From: a virus | Direction: 5' to 3' (one strand) | IMG/VR virus record: IMGVR_UViG_3300009506_000013 | Span: 1 to 64,000 of that record | Length of the DNA: 64,000 nt | In this document: positions 56,766 to 64,000 of the stretch, one piece after another | Layout: each line of letters starts with the position of its first letter | Numbering within the stretch: position 1 is the stretch's first letter | Position numbers and translations under genes: made by a program | The notes under the pieces: generated by a model | Told to the model about the DNA's origin: nothing | The model's input: the letters and a program-made list of their open reading frames with translations, nothing else | Database searches by the model: none

Positions 56766-57431
56766 TTATGCTGGCTCCGGCATCTTCCAGCCGTGCCCGT
56801 GTTTGTCTCCATACCGCTGTAAATAGAACTCTCCCGGCCCGGTGTTGTAGATTGTTCCGCCACACCGATGACAGGCCTGTATAAAGCTCGTATCTGCCCA
56901 ATAATTATCAGGGTCATGACGGAAGGCTGGATTTTCCATATACCGCCGCCACAACACTGCAATCGTAGGGCCAGCCACACAAGCCACCGGCCCCTCCATA
57001 TCAGGATTCATCTTGTACCGGCGTTCTTTGTCCTTTCCAATCCACCGCGCCCAATAGTCAGACTTCCCCACCATCCAAGCATCTGGATAGGCGCGGAATT
57101 TTTCTTCCACCTGCTGAAGATAACCGGGACCATACCAATCATCATCATCCATCACACACATTACTGTATCATCGTCGGCAGAGGCTAGCCTTGCGGCACT
57201 TGGGATCGCGAACAAGAACATCTTTGACAGGTTCCACGTATCCAACCCGCGACAAGCATCAAATGGATAACCCGCTTCTGCCATCTCTTCTATTAGACCA
57301 TCAGGGGAGCTGGTCACCTTATGATAGGCGAGAAAGCTGAAATCTGGTTTGCGCCTCTGCCTCTTGATGTTCTCTTTTATATTCCCCCACATACTCGATC
57401 TCAGCGAACATGTAACCGTAACAAGTCTCAT
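56766..57431 (-). CDS. glycosyltransferase-like protein
   Basis: MDDDDWYGP.YL, VGK motif; start reassigned to MRLVTV. Confidence 0.7.
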   Translation of the reverse strand: MRLVTVTCSLRSSMWGNIKENIKRQRRKPDFSFLAYHKVTSSPDGLIEEMAEAGYPFDACRGLDTWNLSKMFLFAIPSAARLASADDDTVMCVMDDDDWYGPGYLQQVEEKFRAYPDAWMVGKSDYWARWIGKDKERRYKMNPDMEGPVACVAGPTIAVLWRRYMENPAFRHDPDNYWADTSFIQACHRCGGTIYNTGPGEFYLQRYGDKHGHGWKMPEPA

Positions 57432-58072
57432 TCCTCTTCTATCCTCTCCAGTAAAAAGAATCCGTGGCCCTCTGGGTGCGTTCTGTAGTGCTCCTCTTTG
57501 ATGCCGGGGATTTGAAATGTAAAAGACTTTAGCCGCCATCCGCAGAAAGCAAAAGTCCTAATCCACCAGTCATATGTTTCGCGGATCTGGTGCGTGGTAT
57601 CGTTGTTGTTTTCGGGACAATAGAAATTGGTGCCGTTGCCAAGAGGGATGATATGGAAAGCCTTGGGAAAGAACTTTGCCGCATCCGCAAGTAGGTTCCC
57701 AAGCTCTTCCACCTCCATGTGTTCGAGAGTGTCCTTGGTAAAAAACCATTCATAATCGCGGCCAGTAAAGAATGTCTCATCCGGCCCATTCAGCTTTCCC
57801 ACATACTTCCGGACATCTTCGGGAGCTTGGCTGATTGCGTATTCGGAGATGTCCACCCCGAAGGCATCAATCCCAAGCATCCGGAAGGCCTTTACATAAT
57901 AGCCCTTCGCACAACCAAAGTCTAACAGGCTATCACCCATCCGGAGGCCCATGTACTCGATCAAGTAATGAACGGCCCGTATCGTCTTCTCAGGCATCCA
58001 ATGATAATTACTGTAGCAGGACTTCCCTGTTACAGTCCCCATCTCGAAATACTCCTCATCATACTTTTCCAT
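57428..58072 (-). CDS. class I SAM-dependent methyltransferase
   Basis: LDFGCAKG, GVDISEYAI, DTLEH. Confidence 0.88.
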   Translation of the reverse strand: MEKYDEEYFEMGTVTGKSCYSNYHWMPEKTIRAVHYLIEYMGLRMGDSLLDFGCAKGYYVKAFRMLGIDAFGVDISEYAISQAPEDVRKYVGKLNGPDETFFTGRDYEWFFTKDTLEHMEVEELGNLLADAAKFFPKAFHIIPLGNGTNFYCPENNNDTTHQIRETYDWWIRTFAFCGWRLKSFTFQIPGIKEEHYRTHPEGHGFFLLERIEEE

Positions 58073-58079
58073 AGTCCAC

Positions 58080-59084
58080 CTATATAAAGTTGACGTGTTC
58101 TAATCGGGGAAGCTCGTTGTCCCACTCTATGGGAAGATGCCCTGCTATAATATCACTCAGCAGTTCATTCTGGACACTAAAGACGCAACGCGGACATTTC
58201 GCCGTATCTATCAAGCTTCCGCTTATCTCCTTGTCCCAATAGAACTCCTCCACTCTATCCCAACGGCAAAGCGCATAATCAGGATGAAATCTCCTATCGT
58301 CTGAAGGACTGTTTAAAACAAGCGAATCACACGGGTAGATGTACCCATCAGTATACAAGACTGGGTGAACGCGGCCAAGATGACACTCTCGCGGCTGTAC
58401 AAGAAACTTTCTTTGATGGAAGAAAGGTGGTCCCAACTCTGCGGCCTTCCTTCTTAAGAAGTGGTTGGCGGCATCGAACTGATCCGGAGGCAGGTTGCAA
58501 TCAGGGATAAGCCGGACATAGCGGATGGGATGACTCCGGATAGCCTTCTGGATTTTCTCCATAGCCGGAGGCATCCCGCCTCCACCGGGCCACACATAGC
58601 TCATCCCCACGGTGATATTCTCTGGAACTCTGGGAATGATATCGGCAGACGGGAGATAATCCCACGTGTTTGCCGAAACACGGATCCAACAGACAGTTGA
58701 GTCAGTAAAGTGCGCGTTGTTTAGTACTGCACCATTTGTGATCAGGCCAACATCCAGCTTCATCTCCTTTAAGAACTTCAAAAGGCGTCCCAAACTTGCA
58801 TACAGCGTTGGCTCGCCGCCACCACTAATAATCACAGCCTTCAGCCCCAACGGGATCATCCTATAAACAACATCTTCTATAATCCCGAAATACAAATCAG
58901 GAAACAGCCTTCCTTCCCGGCCCCGATCTGCAACAGAACAGAACTTACACCGGAGGTTACACCGTTCTGTCGGCATAACGTGGAGGGTGATGGGATGATT
59001 CCTGCGGTCTATAAGATCCTTAATCGCATCCATGTGGTAGCGTAATTTTTGCCCCGTCGATGTATAGCTATTAAGTCTGTCCAT
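58080..59084 (-). CDS. radical SAM protein with SPASM/twitch-like C-terminus
   Basis: CNLRCKFC, SGGGEPT, ITNG, C...DG..YPC...C..C. Confidence 0.88.
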   Translation of the reverse strand: MDRLNSYTSTGQKLRYHMDAIKDLIDRRNHPITLHVMPTERCNLRCKFCSVADRGREGRLFPDLYFGIIEDVVYRMIPLGLKAVIISGGGEPTLYASLGRLLKFLKEMKLDVGLITNGAVLNNAHFTDSTVCWIRVSANTWDYLPSADIIPRVPENITVGMSYVWPGGGGMPPAMEKIQKAIRSHPIRYVRLIPDCNLPPDQFDAANHFLRRKAAELGPPFFHQRKFLVQPRECHLGRVHPVLYTDGYIYPCDSLVLNSPSDDRRFHPDYALCRWDRVEEFYWDKEISGSLIDTAKCPRCVFSVQNELLSDIIAGHLPIEWDNELPRLEHVNFI

Positions 59085-59821
59085 TAGTAACCCTTTCCAA
59101 CCCGTTGATCTCCTATGTGCCAAACTGTTGGCTTATCGCCAAAGGAACCCAAATGTGCGAAGTCCAAACCCTTCTTCAGGAGCTTGTGCGTAAACACGCC
59201 TTCGCAATGCTTCTCTAGTGGCCAGCCCAAATAAGGAATGTTTCTTGGATAAAGACATGGGTTGGTCGTAAAATAGGATCTGTGCCGGAGCCAATAGATG
59301 CGGTCCGAATCAGGCCCAACAAATGCTGGCCGATTGTGGATGTAACTTTCCTTTAAAGTAGACCACTGTTGGTATTGATCCAGACGGGATTCAATTAAGC
59401 CTCCGGCCTTTTTCTCTGTCTCATTCCACGGCTGGCGCACGAGTGCTATCTGAGCAAGATCTGGTTCAGTCCTTAACACCCGAACCATATCACGCAACTG
59501 GATCTCTCTCAGGAATAGAAAGTCATCCTCAAGGTGGAACACGAAGTCTGAACCAACCTCCAGCCGCCTCCAAGCATCCCATATACTCCGGCAAAAGCCA
59601 AGCCGGATTGGATGAAATATGGCCCCTGTAAACCGTCCAGCATCCAAAAAGTTATCGACAATGTACTGATTGTAAGATGGGTTGGCCGAATCATCAATCA
59701 GTAGCCGTTGAAGCCACTTCATATCCCCGTCTAGCTTTATCATCTTATCAAAGCTGTCCAATGTCCTTTGGAGCAATCCTTCCCGGCCATCCGTAAAACA
59801 GATCAACGACAGATGTATCAT
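59084..59821 (-). CDS. GT2-like glycosyltransferase
   Basis: LIDDS, FHLEDDF, FTTNP, HIG. Confidence 0.8.
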   Translation of the reverse strand: MIHLSLICFTDGREGLLQRTLDSFDKMIKLDGDMKWLQRLLIDDSANPSYNQYIVDNFLDAGRFTGAIFHPIRLGFCRSIWDAWRRLEVGSDFVFHLEDDFLFLREIQLRDMVRVLRTEPDLAQIALVRQPWNETEKKAGGLIESRLDQYQQWSTLKESYIHNRPAFVGPDSDRIYWLRHRSYFTTNPCLYPRNIPYLGWPLEKHCEGVFTHKLLKKGLDFAHLGSFGDKPTVWHIGDQRVGKGY

Positions 59822-60438
59822 ATGAGTCTTTTCTCCTTTGCTATGGGTGTAAATTCTCCTCTTATTTGGTGGTATAACTCTTGTGCCCGCTTTCCTGATA
59901 AATGATTCCGGCTATTCGGCCTCATGTGCGCCCGGTACACAGCATCCCGAACCAAGCCCAGCACCGCACCATCCACCCAGCATCGCAACCACAATCCCCA
60001 ATCCTCATAGGCCGGATAATCTGGAAAGCCTCCAACCCTCAAGAACTGTTCGCGGCGCACCAGCGTCCCGATCACCATGTGATTCTGGTCCAAGAGTGTA
60101 TTCCCTTTAACCAAGATGCGGCTTGGGGCAGAATCAGCATCCCCGCCATACGGGACATAGCGCACCCTTGGATAGCGCAAATCCCCTGTCCCGGCCAGCA
60201 TCGCCTCCAAATACCCCGGCTCCAGTTCATCATCCGCATCCAAGAAGCACAACCATGTCCCGGTTGCCTTGTGGACAGCGCCGTTTCGGGCAACTTGGAT
60301 GTTTGATCCGTGACTTCGGATTAACTGGTGAAGGTATCGGCCTTGTTGGTGAGCGGAAGCGATGGCCCGCTCCGCGAGCTTATCCCACCGGACCTTATCC
60401 CCGAACGTCGCAATGATTACTGTAGCTGTCTCGTTCAT
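59818..60438 (-). CDS. GT2 family glycosyltransferase
   Basis: ARN.A, FLDADD, GGF, EDW.LWLR. Confidence 0.88.
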   Translation of the reverse strand: MNETATVIIATFGDKVRWDKLAERAIASAHQQGRYLHQLIRSHGSNIQVARNGAVHKATGTWLCFLDADDELEPGYLEAMLAGTGDLRYPRVRYVPYGGDADSAPSRILVKGNTLLDQNHMVIGTLVRREQFLRVGGFPDYPAYEDWGLWLRCWVDGAVLGLVRDAVYRAHMRPNSRNHLSGKRAQELYHQIRGEFTPIAKEKRLI

Positions 60439-60632
60439 TTCTCCTTCACTTCGAACTCAATTAAATTACCACAATCGCACTCATATGTAAACCGCTCGCC
60501 AATCTCCGGCAGCAGGGAAGTGCTGACCCGTATGGGTAGCGAACAAACCATACAAACCACGCTGGGGTCATCCTTCGTAAGCACCGCATATGGCGGGCCG
60601 TCATTGCAGGTGTTCTTTGTAAATATGTTCAT
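60435..60632 (-). CDS. small Zn-ribbon protein
   Basis: CMVC...CDCG; coupled to both neighbours. Confidence 0.55.
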   Translation of the reverse strand: MNIFTKNTCNDGPPYAVLTKDDPSVVCMVCSLPIRVSTSLLPEIGERFTYECDCGNLIEFEVKEK

Positions 60633-61264
60633 AATTCCCTTATTGTGTGTAATCCGTTATTGGTTCCCCGCTCTCCCAGCTTCTCCAGTCGCAGGTGGCG
60701 GGCCGGGATGCCTTGAACATATCCCATCTTCAGCTTCTCTTCCCGTATCCGTTTCAAGAAGCCTACATCAAGCCGGCACGGCATCTTATTAGACCGCTTC
60801 GCATATGTTCCATCCTCTAACAATATCCAATCTTCACCATCAAACCAAGGATCGCCAATCACCGTCAGCGCTCCATTACTAATCAGCATACAACCGATAC
60901 CACTATGGAATATCTCCCCCTTTTTTAGCATCAGGCTGTGCGCTCCCCCTTCCAGCCGGTAGTCAACAAACATTACATCCGCCTTATTCCGGACCATCAA
61001 GTCAAGCATTACAGAGAGCACCAGCGGCGGCGGCACTGTATCCTCCTCCACCAGCCACACATACGCAGGGTACAGTTTCTGTGCTCTCCGGATCGCCTCG
61101 TTGTGAGATGCTGGAAGGGTGTGCTGGGAAGTAGTCACGAAAGTGAACCGGCTATTTTTCTGGTATTTCTCTATGGATAGGAAGTTTGCTTCAACGGCTT
61201 GAATGACGTCTGTGAGAACGGCCCCGCGTGTCGGGATTGCAGCAACTACAAGAAAGTCGGCCAT
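60629..61264 (-). CDS. GT-A fold glycosyltransferase (paralog of 48134-48832)
   Basis: PTRG, WLVEEDTVPPP, GIGCMLI, PWF, HL.L.KLGE...N.G.H.I. Confidence 0.75.
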   Translation of the reverse strand: MADFLVVAAIPTRGAVLTDVIQAVEANFLSIEKYQKNSRFTFVTTSQHTLPASHNEAIRRAQKLYPAYVWLVEEDTVPPPLVLSVMLDLMVRNKADVMFVDYRLEGGAHSLMLKKGEIFHSGIGCMLISNGALTVIGDPWFDGEDWILLEDGTYAKRSNKMPCRLDVGFLKRIREEKLKMGYVQGIPARHLRLEKLGERGTNNGLHTIREL

Positions 61265-61309
61265 CAGTTATCTCCTTATACAATATGTCCACCTCTTATA
61301 TTATACCCA

Positions 61310-61597
61310 CTAAGGCTTCTGGGTGTCCCAAAGAACATACACCCCTATTTCAGCATACATATTGCAAAGGGATAGCTCAGCATGCATGAGACTTGCGCTG
61401 GGTAGCCTTTTCTCCACCCGGTAGTCATCGATGCGGGCTGACTCCGGTATCATAAACTCTCTTTCTGTGGAAAGGAACTTTGTTATTTTTCTGGTAGTCT
61501 CTACATCAGGGAAGTCCACCGTGAACTTCCGGTTAATTTGATCATATTTTACTGTGCCCTTATAATCCTTTGTTTTCACCATTACCTTCATTACCAC
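61310..61597 (-). CDS. hypothetical protein (possible partner of the head morphogenesis extension)
   Basis: 95 aa overlapping the stop of the upstream gene. Confidence 0.6.
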   Translation of the reverse strand: MVMKVMVKTKDYKGTVKYDQINRKFTVDFPDVETTRKITKFLSTEREFMIPESARIDDYRVEKRLPSASLMHAELSLCNMYAEIGVYVLWDTQKP

Positions 61598-63627
61598 CTC
61601 CCCAATATCCTTGTGCCTTCGGCAAACTTTTCTTCAATAAACTTCGCCAACTCTGGATACCTGTCCTGTACCAAATACCATTCTGTCTCCCTTGCTGCCC
61701 ATTTTGCCTTCCCCTTCAGCACCAACTCCTCTACCCCTGCTTGGCCAAGCATAGACCCTGCTGCGGCCCTCTCCCGATATCCTGCCAATATCTTATCATA
61801 AGTTGATGCCTTATTCAGATATTCCGCATACCGCTGACAGTTCATCGTCCACCACTCAGGCCCATCCGTTCCGCCCTTCCAAGGATATATTCGGCCTTCA
61901 TAATCGCGGATCCAATTATCCTTCCAATAATTCCCATCTCCGTTTGTGTAGGTGCCGATCTCCTTTGTATGGATGCTCTTATATACCCCGGCAAGCCGCT
62001 TACCATCTTCCGCCTTCACCCAAGGATTATTGGTCCAACGGAAGCCAGTTCCAGAACCACCTACTTGATACAGATCATGTTTGGCCCCGAATATAACATC
62101 ATCTACTGCATGCCCTACTTCATGGGCCACGGTTACATATCCGTCATTCGCAAAGACTTCCACTTTGTTGCTAGTATTCTGGCCCCACCAAGCCCGGTTA
62201 TAGGAATTGTGCCAATTAATCTTTACACCCTTCTCACGCAACGTATCCAGCACATCGAGCGGATACATGTCTGTTCCTTTTTTAGAGGCCAACTTCATCG
62301 CAGAATACTTGCCCGGCGTAACATCGCTTGGTATCACAGTCATCTCTTCTACAATAGACAGTCTTGTCTCCAAATACGTTTCCTCATCCATAAATGGAAC
62401 TGTCTTGTAAAAGGCCCCTCTCTCTTTCCGGATAACCTTGCTGAGCGTTGCCCGCGCCTCTTCGAGTTGGACTGATGCTCGATTCAACAATTTGTATGCG
62501 GCTGTCCGCTCTTCCTGATTGGCGGATGCGAAGTATGCTTGATTCGCGGATGCCTTCTCTATCTCCCATTCCTTCACACTCTTCTCTGCGGATACTCTGG
62601 CCTGTTGCTGGCTCTTCCAATTCGCCTGTGCCTTTTGCTTTGGAGTCATCTTTGGCTGAGGAGCGGGCTTTGGCTTTGGTTTGGGCTTGACTACCTTTGG
62701 CTTTATTGGCTTGGCCCCTTTAAGTACAGTAGGCTGGACCGGACCAACTACTGCTATCTTTTGTACAAGGTTCTCTCCGCACCGGCAATTAGGATGTAGC
62801 GTTGGCCCGGTAGTCCCTGCCCCGAAGCCAACTTGGTAGACTCCGCCGATGGGCCTTCTGGCCCCCTTCATCGAGTTACACCTATCGCACGTTACATCAT
62901 CCGGCGTAACAATCCACTCCACCTCCATGTTGTTCTTATCAATCCGGCCCTCACTCACAGCCTGATCCCAGGCCAACCGCTGACCCTCGCAAGAAGCCTC
63001 GATGGTTTCCGTCCGCGCAATCATGGATGCCCGTTGCTTCAATAGCTTCCACCGATACCGGCCAACCATCTTATCATACTGGGCCCCGGTATAGCCTCTT
63101 TGCGCAAGGTTGGTCCGGAACTTCCGCAGGGAAGCCATCTGCCTCTGGTTCAGCCCTAATTCATCGCGGATGTTTGCCGCACTTTCAATAATGTTGAAGA
63201 TGCGATCCTTTGGAACTCCCCGCCCGTCCAAGAATGCTTCCCGAACGGCATCGGTGATTCCTTTGCGGGTTTGATCGGTGATGCTGGTAATGAGCCTTCC
63301 GGCCCGCGTATTCACGGCGGTGATTACTTCTGGAAACATAACATTGAAAGATCCTTCAACCCCGATAAGATCCTTCATGGCAGCAGTTCCGGCAGAGTCC
63401 ATTATTCCAAGCATAGCTTTTTTGATTTGCGGGCTGAATTCGGTTTGCATCACCTTATCCCAATCCAGCGCATCCCAAGCAAACTGAGCATTCCCTGACT
63501 TTACCGCTTCCCGAATTTTCCGGATGTTTACGCTTGAGGCCATCTTGCGAACGAACTTGACGAACTCCCATTGGAACTGCGGCTGGGCCCGGTCAGCGAT
63601 ATAATGGAGCTTTTGCCACAATTCCAT
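61591..63627 (-). CDS. head morphogenesis protein (Mu gpF / SPP1 gp7) with C-terminal HExxH extension
   Basis: RA.MIARTE, W....D..TC..C, HPNCRC; then a Pro/Lys linker and HEVGH. Confidence 0.88.
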   Translation of the reverse strand: MELWQKLHYIADRAQPQFQWEFVKFVRKMASSVNIRKIREAVKSGNAQFAWDALDWDKVMQTEFSPQIKKAMLGIMDSAGTAAMKDLIGVEGSFNVMFPEVITAVNTRAGRLITSITDQTRKGITDAVREAFLDGRGVPKDRIFNIIESAANIRDELGLNQRQMASLRKFRTNLAQRGYTGAQYDKMVGRYRWKLLKQRASMIARTETIEASCEGQRLAWDQAVSEGRIDKNNMEVEWIVTPDDVTCDRCNSMKGARRPIGGVYQVGFGAGTTGPTLHPNCRCGENLVQKIAVVGPVQPTVLKGAKPIKPKVVKPKPKPKPAPQPKMTPKQKAQANWKSQQQARVSAEKSVKEWEIEKASANQAYFASANQEERTAAYKLLNRASVQLEEARATLSKVIRKERGAFYKTVPFMDEETYLETRLSIVEEMTVIPSDVTPGKYSAMKLASKKGTDMYPLDVLDTLREKGVKINWHNSYNRAWWGQNTSNKVEVFANDGYVTVAHEVGHAVDDVIFGAKHDLYQVGGSGTGFRWTNNPWVKAEDGKRLAGVYKSIHTKEIGTYTNGDGNYWKDNWIRDYEGRIYPWKGGTDGPEWWTMNCQRYAEYLNKASTYDKILAGYRERAAAGSMLGQAGVEELVLKGKAKWAARETEWYLVQDRYPELAKFIEEKFAEGTRILGRW

Positions 63628-63735
63628 AGGTTTTACCTGCTATATTTTAGGCTGATATCTGTTGTAGGATGGCTGTAGGTGGGTCCGAACGATAATATCA
63701 CAATAATCCGGCGAATCCTCCTGAAATCGGCCATT

Positions 63736-64000
63736 CTACGCAGTTCTTTGCCGAGGCGGAAAGTCTTCATCCCCCTCATCCTCTTCACCTGTTCCATCGC
63801 CAACGGGTGGCGGATTTGTCGGTAAGTCAGGGAACAGCCTTTTGTTGATCTCCTCCTGCTTCTCTCTTTCTTCTTGGATGTCCTTTTGCTCCTGCTCTTC
63901 GTCAACCCCATCCCGCGTGATCTCGCCTTTCTTGAGGTTGTGATAGAGTGTTTTGTAGCTAATGCCATCGGACTGCCACAGCCCTACCAACGCAGTCAAG
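63736..64000 (-). CDS. portal protein C-terminus (partial)
   Basis: AL..LWQ...IS..TL...L..GE pattern, upstream of the head morphogenesis gene; truncated by the window edge. Confidence 0.65.
   Translation of the reverse strand, partial: LTALVGLWQSDGISYKTLYHNLKKGEITRDGVDEEQEQKDIQEEREKQEEINKRLFPDLPTNPPPVGDGTGEEDEGDEDFPPRQRTA

Noticed and set aside
1-64000. Plus-strand ORFs throughout, and tRNA, rRNA or integrase genes
   Set aside because: Plus-strand ORFs are almost all antisense to well-supported minus-strand genes and lack motifs; I saw no tRNA cloverleaf, rRNA or integrase by eye, though tRNAscan was not run

Overview
The window is most of a tailed (long tape-measure, siphovirus-like) dsDNA phage genome, with essentially every real gene on the minus strand. 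In transcription order (high to low coordinates) it holds: portal C-terminus, head morphogenesis protein, a ~7 kb glycosyltransferase/sulfotransferase/radical-SAM island, scaffold, major capsid, head-tail and tail genes (with a -1 frameshift chaperone), tape measure, a large tail protein and a lysis cassette. Then come a palindrome-rich non-coding region, helicase and primase, a strong sigma70 promoter driving an early region, an SNF2 helicase, a sigma-like factor, a nucleotide metabolism cluster, a DnaE-UDG fusion polymerase and T4-like recombination genes. The standout is the early region (22.7-30.3 kb). Sixteen copies (15 intact, 1 degenerate) of a ~72-79 nt element sit between consecutive small genes. 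The element matches the twister self-cleaving ribozyme fold, in a permutation opened at the P5 position, and shows compensatory base changes in P1, P3, P4 and the T1 pseudoknot. The inference is that this phage cuts its early polycistronic mRNA into single-gene units with a ribozyme array. All calls come from reading motifs by eye; no database searches or folding programs were run.
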